Origin: Gemmatimonadales bacterium
GTDB taxonomy: Bacteria > Gemmatimonadota > Gemmatimonadetes > Gemmatimonadales > GWC2-71-9
Assembly: GCA_035637355.1 (NCBI GenBank)
Contig: DASPXJ010000003.1
Coordinates: forward strand, 79-64,078
Direction: 5' to 3'
DNA length: 64,000 bases
A program made the translations under genes and the position numbers. Under the pieces are notes generated by a model. That model saw nothing but the letters and a program-made list of their open reading frames with translations. It did not search any database and had not been told where the DNA came from. Position 1 is the stretch's first letter. Each line of letters begins with the position of its first letter. Shown here piece by piece: positions 1-11,125 of this stretch.

Positions 1-356
1 TGATCGGTACCGCCGGCTAAGTAGGACAGTTGGTACGTGCCCCACACATAGGCCAGATCCTCGCGCCCGTCGATCTCGATCGGGGAGCCGGTGAAGTGGC
101 TGATCGCCGGAAACGCCTTCATCCACTCTCGGATGGCGGTGCGGCCTCGCACCATGGGCTGATTCGGTGGCATGTACGTCGCATTTTCCGCGTACATCGC
201 GGCGGCCATCGAATCACGACGCTGCACGACGTACACGGTAAAGCTGTCGATCGAGGCCCGTATCGCCGTCTTGTCGGTGTCCAGAAATGCCTGTGGACCT
301 GGGGACCCGCACGCGACGGTTAGACATCCCAGAACCCCAGCGATTATTGCGCGCAT
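1..356 (-). CDS. NTF2-fold (SnoaL/DUF4440-like) lipoprotein, C-terminus runs off the window
   Basis: Own minus-strand translation from ATG 356-354 (GGAGGTG just upstream): MRAIIAGVLGCLTVACGSPGPQAF...YAENATYMPPNQPMVRGRTAIREWMKAFPAISHF... Lipobox LTVAC. Open to position 1. Absent from the ORF track because no stop lies in the window. Confidence 0.55.
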   Translation of the reverse strand, partial: MRAIIAGVLGCLTVACGSPGPQAFLDTDKTAIRASIDSFTVYVVQRRDSMAAAMYAENATYMPPNQPMVRGRTAIREWMKAFPAISHFTGSPIEIDGREDLAYVWGTYQLSYLAGGTD

Positions 357-359
357 CAG

Positions 360-959
360 TCACCTCCGTTTCCAAACGACGGGTTGAATCTTGCGCGACA
401 TCTCCGCCGCGACCTGCTGCGCTTCCTTCAGCTTCGCTTCGTACTCGATCCTCCACTCCGCCGGCATGTTCGTGCGGAAGTAGGTCGCCGTCAGCAGCTC
501 CCCTGTGGGCTCGAGCCCAGCGGCTGCGCCACAACCCACCGCCATCACGTCCCCGAGAAAGAGCGTCGAGCTCCCGGTATCCATCACGTTCGCGACGCTG
601 CACTCGAAGTGCGCGAAGCACTCGTCGAGCACCGGTACCCCCGTCTTTCCTTTATGATGCGGTATCCCGGCCAGCTTGTCCTGATCGCGCCCGCTGAAAA
701 AGCCCAGCCGCCGCACCACGTCGAGCTGCCTGGTGTGCAGCAGATGCAGCCCAAAGCGGCCCGTCTCGAAGATCATATCGTGGCTGTAGTTGAACTTGTG
801 GATGTACACCGACAGGCGCGGGACCGACGGCACGATCGAGGCGCGCACCGCCGCATCGGAGATCATACCGTTCTTTTTGCCCTTCCGCTCCGACGTTATA
901 GCTACAACGGGGGACGTGAGATTGCGCAGGAGTTGGTAGGTGAGGTCGGGTTCGAGCAT
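360..959 (-). CDS. flavin reductase-like (FMN-binding split-barrel) protein
   Basis: 199-aa ORF. N-terminal LTSPVVAITSERKGKKNGMISDAAVRASIVP and FGLHLL/ECFAHFEC segments resemble the Flavin_Reduct family. Its stop lies 3 nt from the next minus-strand start. Confidence 0.65.
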   Translation of the reverse strand: MLEPDLTYQLLRNLTSPVVAITSERKGKKNGMISDAAVRASIVPSVPRLSVYIHKFNYSHDMIFETGRFGLHLLHTRQLDVVRRLGFFSGRDQDKLAGIPHHKGKTGVPVLDECFAHFECSVANVMDTGSSTLFLGDVMAVGCGAAAGLEPTGELLTATYFRTNMPAEWRIEYEAKLKEAQQVAAEMSRKIQPVVWKRR

Positions 960-971
960 ACTTCAAGATAC

Positions 972-2324
972 ATGGGCACTCCCGGCTCGCTCCCCGCGCG
1001 CTTTCTGGCGCATCTGAAGCAGGCTCGGCTGTTTCGCGAGCCGGGGGAAGCGCTCGTTGCGGTATCGGGCGGCGCCGACTCCGTTGCGTTGCTCGACTTG
1101 CTGAACGGGGTGGCCGACGCATTAGGGCTTGCACTCGTGGTTGCGCATGCTGATCATGGAATCTCGGCGGATAGTCGGATCGTCGGATCGGCGGTTGGTG
1201 AACTCGCTGGCAAGTATGGCTTGCCATTCGAGACGGTCGAACTCCTCTTGGGATCAAGCGCTAGCGAGACCGAGGCGCGGCGCGCGCGCTACGCGTGGCT
1301 GCGCGAGGTACAACGCCGCCGCGGTGCAAAGTATGTGGTCACCGCGCATCACGAGGACGATCAGGTCGAGACGATCGTGCTGCGCTCGCTGCGCGGCAGC
1401 GCGCCCGCCGGCCTCGCCGGCATCGCCGCGCGCGGACGCGGCGGCCTGGTGCGGCCGCTGCTGCCGTTCACGCGCCGCGAGCTCGCCCTGTACGCCACCG
1501 AGCGCGGTCTGCCGGTTCACGACGATCCCGCGAATCGCGACCCGCGACATTTGCGTTCCTGGATTCGCACGACGCTGCTGCCGTTGCTGAACGACCGCAT
1601 GGGCGCCCGACTGCGGGGCGATTTGCTGGCGCAGGGCCGCCACGCCGCGAGTGACCGCCGCGCCTGGGATCGCATGCTCGATCTGCTCCCGGATCTGGCG
1701 CTGCAGGTGGACGGTGCGTGCTTTACCGTTGCCCGCGCGAGTGTGTGCGGCTATGATAACGCATTGTCTGTTGCGCTCTTGCGCGCGGCGGCACGAAGAG
1801 TAGGGCTGGTCCTTGGTCCCACCCGCGCCCGCCGGCTCGTGGCACTGGCGCAACGCCCCTCGGGGCGCCGCCTATCGCTGGGCGGCGGCTGGTCAGCCGA
1901 AGTGGCGTTCGATCGGTTGCGAGTGAGCCGTGATGTGGGAGCGGTCGGCTGCGCACTCGAACGAGTGTGGCCGACCGGCGAGCAGGGCATGGCGCGGTTC
2001 GGCGAATTCGCGATCACCTGGTCGACCGCGCCCGCTCCGGCCCGGATCGAGCGCGCGACGTGGACGACCTGGCTGGACAGCACGGCGTGGGAGGTGCGGT
2101 CTCCCGCGCGCGGCGATTCGCTGGTACCGCTGGGCGGGGTCGGGCATCGCCCGCTGCGGCGCCTATTAATGGAAGCGCGGATCCCGCGCAGCGCGCGGCC
2201 GCGCTATCCCGTAGTCAGTCGGGGTGAGACCATTCTCTGGGTGCCGGGCATCTGTCGCAGTGCCGCGGGCGTGCCGGCGCCCGGAACTCGAGCGGTGAGG
2301 GTGGATGTTATCGAGTATCGCTGA
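972..2324 (+). CDS. tilS: tRNA(Ile)-lysidine synthase
   Basis: PP-loop motif VAVSGGADSVALLDLL and TAHHEDDQVETIVLR. Start moved to ATG 972, because the track ORF from TTG 384 is antisense to the flavin reductase gene. Classic tilS-hpt-ftsH order. Confidence 0.85.
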   Translation: MGTPGSLPARFLAHLKQARLFREPGEALVAVSGGADSVALLDLLNGVADALGLALVVAHADHGISADSRIVGSAVGELAGKYGLPFETVELLLGSSASETEARRARYAWLREVQRRRGAKYVVTAHHEDDQVETIVLRSLRGSAPAGLAGIAARGRGGLVRPLLPFTRRELALYATERGLPVHDDPANRDPRHLRSWIRTTLLPLLNDRMGARLRGDLLAQGRHAASDRRAWDRMLDLLPDLALQVDGACFTVARASVCGYDNALSVALLRAAARRVGLVLGPTRARRLVALAQRPSGRRLSLGGGWSAEVAFDRLRVSRDVGAVGCALERVWPTGEQGMARFGEFAITWSTAPAPARIERATWTTWLDSTAWEVRSPARGDSLVPLGGVGHRPLRRLLMEARIPRSARPRYPVVSRGETILWVPGICRSAAGVPAPGTRAVRVDVIEYR

Positions 2325-2835
2325 GCTGAAGCGCGTCGTCTTTGAAGAAGAGACCATTGCGGAACGGGTGCGGGAGCTGGGGCAGGACATCACCGCGGCC
2401 TATCCGGATGGCGAGTTGCTCGTGCTCGGGTTGCTCAAAGGCAGCTTCATCTTTCTGAGTGATCTCGTACGCAAGATCGACCGGCCGTTACAGGTCGATT
2501 TCCTCGTCGCATCGAGCTACGGCGAAGGCACGGTATCGAGCGGGAACGTGCGGCTGGTGTACGATCCCGAGACGGAATTGGCGGGGAAGCACATCCTGCT
2601 GGTAGAAGACATCATCGACACGGGTAAGACGCTGAACAAGCTGGTCGCGCTGCTCAAGCAGCGCCGCCCGAAGAGCCTGGAGATTTGCGCGCTGTTGCAC
2701 AAGCATGTGGCTGAACACCTGGAGCGGGAAGCGAAGTTCCTCGGATTCGACGCGCCGACGCTGTTCCTAGTCGGCTATGGGCTCGATCACGCGGAAAACT
2801 TCCGGCACCTTCCTTATATCGCGAGTCTGACGTAG
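2305..2835 (+). CDS. hpt: hypoxanthine phosphoribosyltransferase
   Basis: 176 aa. PRPP-binding motif ILLVEDIIDTGKTL and LKGSFIFLSDL. ATG 2305 preceded by GGTGAGGGTGG. Overlaps the tilS end by 20 nt. Confidence 0.9.
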   Translation: MLSSIAELKRVVFEEETIAERVRELGQDITAAYPDGELLVLGLLKGSFIFLSDLVRKIDRPLQVDFLVASSYGEGTVSSGNVRLVYDPETELAGKHILLVEDIIDTGKTLNKLVALLKQRRPKSLEICALLHKHVAEHLEREAKFLGFDAPTLFLVGYGLDHAENFRHLPYIASLT

Positions 2836-4824
<1,989 letters not shown>

Positions 4825-4864
4825 CCGGCTCTCCCGCGCGGCTGCAGGTGGTCCAGGCGCTGCG

Positions 4865-6031
4865 GTGAGAGTCACCGCGCTCGCCGCGCACACACCGGAA
4901 GCGGTGCGCGCGGCGCTCGCGGCGCGGGGATGGGAAGCGCAGCCCGCCTGGTTCGCGGCCACCGGCATCCAGTCGTTCGTCGTTCTCATCGAAGACATCA
5001 CCGAGACCGAGCGCGAAGCGCTCGTGCACTGGGGCACGAAGTCCGGTGCCGACGTGCTGACCGGCGAGGGGTGGGCACTGGTGGCCGGCGCCGCGAGCCG
5101 CATCGCGCCGCTGGCACGCTACGATCGGGCGCCGCAAGAGCTGGCGCGTCTCGCTCCCGCCCTTGGCCAACTCCTGGCCGCGCGCGCCGAGCCGTCGCGC
5201 CAATGGTCGATCAGGGGCGGCGACCTGTCCGTCGACAAGCCCGTCATCATCGGGATCATCAACGTCACGCCCGATTCGTTCTCCGATGGCGGGCAATTGG
5301 CCACCGTGGACGCCGCCGTCGCCCACGCGGAGAAGCTGACGGCTGACGGCTGTCGGCTGATCGACGTCGGGGGCGAATCCACGCGCCCCGGTGCAGCCCC
5401 CGTTCCTGTTAAAGAAGAGATTGCCCGCGTCGTGCCGGTGATCGCGGGACTGGTCAAGCGCGGCCTGGGCCCGGTCTCGGTCGATACGCGCAAGGCGGCA
5501 GTCGCCCGCGCGGCCCTCGATGGAGGCGCGGCGGTGATCAACGACGTCTCGGGGCTGCGCTTCGATGCCGAGCTGGCGCACGTCGCCGCAGCGGCGCAGG
5601 CGGGCGTCATCCTGATGCACATGCGCGGCACGCCGGCCACGATGGATGATCTTGCGCGGTATGAGCATGTGGCGGCCGAGGTGGCAGCGGAGCTGGCGGC
5701 AGTGGCGGCACAGGCGGAAGGGGAGGGTATCGCCCGGGAGCGAATCGTGGTGGACCCGGGGTTCGGGTTCGCCAAGACCGCCACCCACAACTTCCGGCTG
5801 CTCGACGAACTGGCAACGATCGTCGCCCTGGGCTATCCTGTAGCCGTCGGCCTGTCGCGGAAGCGGTTTTTGGGTGCCGCCACCGGCCGTCCCGTGGAGG
5901 ATCGCGATCGCGCCACGGCTGTGGCGTGCGCCCTCGCGTGGGAACGCGGCGCGCGGCTGTTCCGGGTTCACGACGTCGCCCTGACACGCGAAGCCCTTGC
6001 ACTGGCGAGCGCTACGACCAACCCACCATGA
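4865..6031 (+). CDS. folP: dihydropteroate synthase with ~105-aa N-terminal extension
   Basis: Pterin-binding motifs GIINVTPDSFSDGG, DVGGESTRPG, GLSRKRF. GTG 4865 is the first in-frame start after the ftsH stop. The exact start is uncertain. Confidence 0.8.
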   Translation: MRVTALAAHTPEAVRAALAARGWEAQPAWFAATGIQSFVVLIEDITETEREALVHWGTKSGADVLTGEGWALVAGAASRIAPLARYDRAPQELARLAPALGQLLAARAEPSRQWSIRGGDLSVDKPVIIGIINVTPDSFSDGGQLATVDAAVAHAEKLTADGCRLIDVGGESTRPGAAPVPVKEEIARVVPVIAGLVKRGLGPVSVDTRKAAVARAALDGGAAVINDVSGLRFDAELAHVAAAAQAGVILMHMRGTPATMDDLARYEHVAAEVAAELAAVAAQAEGEGIARERIVVDPGFGFAKTATHNFRLLDELATIVALGYPVAVGLSRKRFLGAATGRPVEDRDRATAVACALAWERGARLFRVHDVALTREALALASATTNPP

Positions 6032-6828
6032 ATGTAGACGCCTTTAAGTTTCTGTCGCCGAGGGCTTGGCCGGATCTCTTCGAGATCCTGCTGGTGTCGT
6101 TCGTCATCTATCGTTTCCTGCTGTTCCTCGTCGGCACCCGCGCGCTGCAGATCGTCATCGGACTCGTGATTCTGTCGCTCACGTATTTCGTGGCGCTGTT
6201 CGCCAAGTTCACGATGATCAGCGCGCTGCTCGGCGTCGTGTTCACGTACGGCGGCTTCGCGCTGGTCGTCGTATTCCATCCCGAGCTGCGCAACGCACTG
6301 GCGCGGCTCGGGCAGTCGCGCTTGATGCGCGCCTTCTCGCGCGGCGACCGGCAATCGGTGGCGGAGGAGATCGCCGAGGCGCTCGATCGCCTGTCGCGCG
6401 CCGGGACCGGCGCGATCATCGCCGTCGAGGGCGACATCGGCCTCGAGGAGTTCATCACCACCGGAGTGCCGATGGAGGCGAAGGTGTCGGCCGACCTGCT
6501 GACGACGATCTTCACGCCCTATTCGCCGCTGCACGATGGCGCGATCCTGATCCGGGGCGATCAGATCATCGGAGCGGGGTGCGTGCTGCCGCTCACGCAG
6601 TTCAAGGTCGCGGACAAGTCCCTCGGCACGCGCCACCGTGCCGCGCTGGGCCTGTCCGAAGAAACCGACGCGACGGTGCTCGTCGTCTCGGAGGAGACGT
6701 CGACGATTTCCGTCGCGAGTCACGGGCTGCTGTACCGCCACCTCACACCGCAGCAGGTGCGCGATCTCCTCTCCGGCGCCGTCTCGCATCTCGAAGGCGG
6801 CGAGCGCGTGACCCAGCCTGCCACCTAA
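6028..6828 (+). CDS. cdaA: diadenylate cyclase (c-di-AMP synthase) CdaA
   Basis: Three N-terminal TM helices followed by a DAC domain (HDGAILIRGDQIIGAGCVLPL, GTRHRAALGLSEETDA). ATG 6028 overlaps the folP stop (ATGA). Confidence 0.85.
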   Translation: MNVDAFKFLSPRAWPDLFEILLVSFVIYRFLLFLVGTRALQIVIGLVILSLTYFVALFAKFTMISALLGVVFTYGGFALVVVFHPELRNALARLGQSRLMRAFSRGDRQSVAEEIAEALDRLSRAGTGAIIAVEGDIGLEEFITTGVPMEAKVSADLLTTIFTPYSPLHDGAILIRGDQIIGAGCVLPLTQFKVADKSLGTRHRAALGLSEETDATVLVVSEETSTISVASHGLLYRHLTPQQVRDLLSGAVSHLEGGERVTQPAT

Positions 6829-6880
6829 GCCTCCATACAGGGAGGCCGCCGCTGTCGCCTTCCTGGTACTGCTCGGCTAT

Positions 6881-9127
6881 GTGATCACCCTCGCCCCCAC
6901 AGTCACGCTGTGGGACGCGGGCGAATTCATCACCGCTGCCAAAGTGCTCGGCGTGCCCCACCCGCCGGGGACGCCGTTATTCGTCCTGTTGGGTCACGTC
7001 TGGGCCGACGTGCTTCGCGTCGGCGCGTACGCGTGGCGCACCAATCTGATGAGCGCCTGTTTTTCCGCGGCCGGCGCCGGCTGCCTCTTCCTCGTTGCGC
7101 ATCGTCTCCTGGATGGGGAGGCGGGATGGCTGCGAACCGGCGGCGCCGCGGCGGCGGCGATCCTGTCGGCGTTCACCTTCACCGGCTGGCAGAACAGCAA
7201 CGAGACCGAGGTCTACACGGTCGCGACGTTCAGTATCGCGGCGATTTGTTGGTTGTGTTTGCGCTGGCGAGATGTACGAGGGACGCCGCGAGCACCGCAC
7301 ATCCTGCTGCTCATCGTCTACATCGCCGCGTTGTCCATCGGCAACCATCTCCTCGCGCTGCTGGTGGGTCCCGCGGTGTCGCTGTTCATCGCCTATACGC
7401 TGCGCGCGCAGCCTGCCGCCGATCCCGCCGAGCGCCGGATGGAGTGGGCGGAGTGGGCAGCGCTCAGCGCGTTGTGGATCGTGCTCATCGCAGTGGGGCT
7501 CGGCAGCGAGCCGCTGCTCATGTTTGGCGGTGCGCTGCTCGCGGCAGCCCTCGTGGCGTGCGTGATGAACGGGTCGCGCGCATTTCCCGTCATCGCGATC
7601 GCGATCGCCGCCGCGGGCATCTCGATCTACGCGTTCCTCTATATCCGCTCCGGACTGCAGCCGTTGCTCGATGAAGCGGACCCCGAGACGTGGACCAGCC
7701 TGCTCGCCGTGATCCGCCGCGAGCAGTTCGGCAGCCGCGGCATTCTCGACAACCCGATGTTGGCGGGGAGTCCCCGCACGCTGGCGGTGTTCGGCCAGCA
7801 GCTCGTCAACTACTTCCAGTACTGCTCGTGGCAATGGGGTCGCTCGCTGCCGCTCGCCGCCATGGTGGTCGTGGCGCTCGTCTTTGTGTCGTTGGGGATG
7901 CTGGGCTTCGCGTTCGCCCGGCGCCGCGATGTGGGACTCGCGTATCTGCTCGGCGCGCTGTGGCTCATCACCGGCATCGGCCTCGTCGTCTACATGAACT
8001 TCAAGGCCGGCTTTTCGCTGTTCTGGAACGAGTACCGGACGATCGGGCAGCACGAGGTGCGCGAGCGGGACTACTTCTTCGTCGTGAGCTTCCAGGTCTG
8101 GGGCCTGTTCGCGGGGCTCGGTATCGCGCGCCTGTTACGCTCGCTCGCAGCGCGCTCCGTTGCTGCGGCGCGCTGGGGCAGCGGCGCGGCGGCGCTGCTC
8201 ACGTTGCTGCCCTTCGCCGCAAACTTCACCGCGGCCTCGCGGCGGCACGGTCCCGACGCGACGATCGCCCGCGATCTGGCCTACAACCTGTTGCAATCGG
8301 TCGAGCCGTACGGCGTGCTGTTCGGCTACGGGGACAACGACACGTTCCCGGTGTGGTATCTGCAGGAGGTCGAGGGCGTGCGGCAGGATGTGACGCTCAT
8401 CAACCTGTCACTCGCCAATCTCGACTGGTACCTGCGTCAGCTCGCGTCGCGCCCGATCCGGCCGTTCGACCCATCCCATGCGCCCGCGATCTATCGGACG
8501 CTGGCGCCCCCCCCCCCGTGGCGGTCGGCGGGTGCCGCGCTGAATTTCACGGCCCAGGACATCGAGGGCATGCAGCCGATGCGCGTCAGTGATGACGGCG
8601 TGTTCCGCGCGGGACGGTTCGAGCTGCAGGTGCGGAAGGGGCAAATCCTGCGGACTTCCGACCAGGTGATCCTGTACACGATCGCCGCATACCTGCCGGC
8701 GGGGCGGCCCGTCACATTCGGCGTGGCGTCGGGGCGCGGCTCCTGGTTGGGCCTCGACCCGCATCTCGTGTTTCAGGGGCTCGTGTTCAAGGTCGTGCCG
8801 CGCGCCGATACCGTCCGCCACTGGGTGCGCGGCATCCAGGGGCCGATGGTCGATTCGGCGCGCACCCGGTTGCTGGTAGACTCCGTTTTCCAATTCGGCG
8901 CGCTGTTCGCCGCCGACACGCTCGCGCTCGAGCCGGCCGCGCAGCAGGTCGCCACGTCGTTCGCCGTGGCGTTTCTGGAGCTTGGGAATGCCGCCGCCCT
9001 GCGCGGCGAGCAGGACCGCGCTCTCGACTACCTGCGTCGGGGCTACCATCTCAACCCCAGCCAGCCGCTCGCCGACATCATCCGCCGGGCAGAAACCCAA
9101 GGCGTGCGGAGCCTCTTTAGCCCCTAG
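6881..9127 (+). CDS. DUF2723 (GT117/TMEM260-like) polytopic membrane protein with C-terminal TPR-like region
   Basis: N-terminal LAPTVTLWDAGEFITAAKVLGVPHPPGTPLF signature and many hydrophobic helices. GTG start at 6881; the homologous region may extend a few codons upstream without a canonical start. Confidence 0.7.
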   Translation: MITLAPTVTLWDAGEFITAAKVLGVPHPPGTPLFVLLGHVWADVLRVGAYAWRTNLMSACFSAAGAGCLFLVAHRLLDGEAGWLRTGGAAAAAILSAFTFTGWQNSNETEVYTVATFSIAAICWLCLRWRDVRGTPRAPHILLLIVYIAALSIGNHLLALLVGPAVSLFIAYTLRAQPAADPAERRMEWAEWAALSALWIVLIAVGLGSEPLLMFGGALLAAALVACVMNGSRAFPVIAIAIAAAGISIYAFLYIRSGLQPLLDEADPETWTSLLAVIRREQFGSRGILDNPMLAGSPRTLAVFGQQLVNYFQYCSWQWGRSLPLAAMVVVALVFVSLGMLGFAFARRRDVGLAYLLGALWLITGIGLVVYMNFKAGFSLFWNEYRTIGQHEVRERDYFFVVSFQVWGLFAGLGIARLLRSLAARSVAAARWGSGAAALLTLLPFAANFTAASRRHGPDATIARDLAYNLLQSVEPYGVLFGYGDNDTFPVWYLQEVEGVRQDVTLINLSLANLDWYLRQLASRPIRPFDPSHAPAIYRTLAPPPPWRSAGAALNFTAQDIEGMQPMRVSDDGVFRAGRFELQVRKGQILRTSDQVILYTIAAYLPAGRPVTFGVASGRGSWLGLDPHLVFQGLVFKVVPRADTVRHWVRGIQGPMVDSARTRLLVDSVFQFGALFAADTLALEPAAQQVATSFAVAFLELGNAAALRGEQDRALDYLRRGYHLNPSQPLADIIRRAETQGVRSLFSP

Positions 9128-9153
9128 GCGCCGATCCTCTATATTCACAGGCT

Positions 9154-9834
9154 ATGAGTTTCGAGGCCCTCCCGGAGCGTTTGGCACAGGTGAGGGCCGA
9201 GGTCGCGCGAGCCGCGGCGCAACCGGTCGCGATTGTGGCCGTGACCAAGGGATTCGGCACCGATGCGATTCGCGCGGCACACGCGGCCGGGATCGCCGAC
9301 ATCGGTGAGAACCGCGTTCAGGAAGCGGTGCAAAAGCAGAAGGAGTTGGGAGCCGGGAGTCAGGAGCTGGGGATTCGGTGGCATTTGATCGGGCATCTGC
9401 AGCGCAACAAGGCTCGGCTGGTGCCCGGTCGATTCGAATTGGTACACTCGGTGGATTCGCTGGAACTTGCCAATGAGCTCAGCAAACGTGCTGCTGGTTT
9501 GCGTGTGCTTTTACAAGTGAACGTGGCGCGGGAGCCGCAGAAGAGCGGCTGCACGCCGGAAGAGGCCCGACCCCTGGCGCGGCACATCGCGGCTTTGGGG
9601 AATCTGAGACTAGAAGGACTGATGACGTTGGCTCCGTTTACCGATGACGTGGATGTGCAGCGCCGGACATTCCGGGGCCTGCGCGTCCTGCGGGATACGA
9701 TCAAGGAGGAGGAAGGGATATGGCTGCCGACCCTCTCGATGGGGATGTCCGGCGACTACGCTACAGCGGTCCAAGAGGGGGCAACGGTGATCCGCTTGGG
9801 TACCGCCCTGTTCGGTCCGAGGGTGGCGAGGTAG
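9154..9834 (+). CDS. yggS: YggS-family pyridoxal-phosphate homeostasis protein
   Basis: 226 aa. AVTKGFG (PLP lysine), IGENRVQE, WHLIGHLQRNK, SMGMSGDY motifs. Confidence 0.85.
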   Translation: MSFEALPERLAQVRAEVARAAAQPVAIVAVTKGFGTDAIRAAHAAGIADIGENRVQEAVQKQKELGAGSQELGIRWHLIGHLQRNKARLVPGRFELVHSVDSLELANELSKRAAGLRVLLQVNVAREPQKSGCTPEEARPLARHIAALGNLRLEGLMTLAPFTDDVDVQRRTFRGLRVLRDTIKEEEGIWLPTLSMGMSGDYATAVQEGATVIRLGTALFGPRVAR

Positions 9835-9845
9835 GGGGAGACGCC

Positions 9846-10316
9846 GTGAACGACGACGCGTTCAACCTGACGCCTCTGGATGTCCGCAAGCAGGAGTTTC
9901 GCAAGACACTGCGTGGCTATGATACGCTCGGCGTGGAGGATTTCCGCATGCGGGTCGCCGACGCGCTGGAGCGCGCGATGCGCGAGCGCCAGGTACTCGA
10001 CGAGCGCGTGGCCGCGCTGACCGAGCAGCTGCGGGTGTTTCGCGAGCGCGAGAAAGCGATGAACGAGGCCCTCGTCGCCGCGCAACAGCTGCGCCAGGAC
10101 ACGCGCGCCGCCGCGGAGCGCGAGGGGCAGGTGATCGTGCGCGAGGCGCAGGCGGAAGCGACGCGGCTGCTCGACGAAGCGAAGCACGCGCAGAGCGTGG
10201 TGCAGGCGCGCATGGCGGAGACCGAGCGGCAGTTCCAGCAGTATGTCGGCGGCTTTCGCGCGCTGCTCGAGCGCCAGCTCGCGGAGCTGCGCGCACTCGA
10301 CGGGCAGCGCGGGTGA
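9846..10316 (+). CDS. divIVA: DivIVA-domain cell-division/polarity protein
   Basis: LTPLDVRKQEFRKTLRGYDTLGVEDF N-terminal DivIVA signature followed by a coiled coil. GTG 9846 lies after the yggS stop, with GGGGGAG upstream. Confidence 0.8.
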   Translation: MNDDAFNLTPLDVRKQEFRKTLRGYDTLGVEDFRMRVADALERAMRERQVLDERVAALTEQLRVFREREKAMNEALVAAQQLRQDTRAAAEREGQVIVREAQAEATRLLDEAKHAQSVVQARMAETERQFQQYVGGFRALLERQLAELRALDGQRG

Positions 10317-11122
10317 CGTCGGTCGCCGATGCGGTCCGCGCCGTGCAGGCGCGGGCCGCGGTCGTTCCGGAGGTCGCGGTGATTCTCGGAACGGGGCTCG
10401 GGGCATTGGCCGACGACATGAAGGCCGAGGCCACGATCACGTACGCCGACATCCCCGGATTCCCGCGTCCCACGGTCGAGACCCACGCCGGCCGTCTGTT
10501 GCTCGGCACCCTGGGAGGGCACCGCGTCGCGATGATGCAGGGCCGCTTCCATCGCTACGAGGGGTACACGCTGCAGCAGGTCGCGTTTCCGGTACGCGTG
10601 TTGCGCGCCCTGGGTGCGAAGACGCTGATCGTCTCCAACGTGTCGGGGGGCATGCATCCGCTGTGGTCGACGGGCGACCTCGTCCTGCTCTCCGATCACA
10701 TCAACCTGCTCGGCGATAATCCGCTGGCCGGGCCGAACGTCGATGCGGAAGGCCCGCGCTTTCCCGACATGTCGTCCGCGTACGACCCCGCGCTGCGCAA
10801 GCTCGCCCACCAGGTCGCTGTGGACCACAAGATCGTGTTGCGGGAAGGAGTCTACGTCGCGGTGCCGGGCCCGAACCTGGAGACGCGCGCCGAGTACCGC
10901 ATGCTGCGGGCGCTGGGCGCCGATCTCGTGGGCATGAGCACCGTGCCCGAAGTCATCACGGCCGTGCATCAGGGGATGCGGGTGCTCGGTCTCTCGATCA
11001 TCACCGACACCTGTCTGCCCGACGCGCTCGAGCCGACATCGGTCGAGCAGATCATTGCCGTCGCGCGCGCCGCCGAGCCGCGGCTCGCCACCGTGGTGCG
11101 CGGCGTCCTGGAGCGCCTCTAG
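10313..11122 (+). CDS. purine nucleoside phosphorylase (trimeric PNP family)
   Basis: 269 aa. GTGLG, HAGRLLLG, MQGRFHRYEGY, GMSTVPEV motifs. GTG start overlaps the divIVA stop (GTGA). Confidence 0.85.
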   Translation: MTSVADAVRAVQARAAVVPEVAVILGTGLGALADDMKAEATITYADIPGFPRPTVETHAGRLLLGTLGGHRVAMMQGRFHRYEGYTLQQVAFPVRVLRALGAKTLIVSNVSGGMHPLWSTGDLVLLSDHINLLGDNPLAGPNVDAEGPRFPDMSSAYDPALRKLAHQVAVDHKIVLREGVYVAVPGPNLETRAEYRMLRALGADLVGMSTVPEVITAVHQGMRVLGLSIITDTCLPDALEPTSVEQIIAVARAAEPRLATVVRGVLERL

Positions 11123-11125
11123 CCG

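Noticed and set aside
384-971. N-terminal extensions of track ORFs (tilS from 384, cdaA from 5926, cheA from 17033, cheB from 30456, murE from 39651, ftsY from 55759, and others)
   Set aside because: The track takes the longest ATG/GTG/TTG ORF. The extensions overlap the upstream gene, lack homology, and a start codon occurs at or next to the upstream stop, which fits translational coupling.
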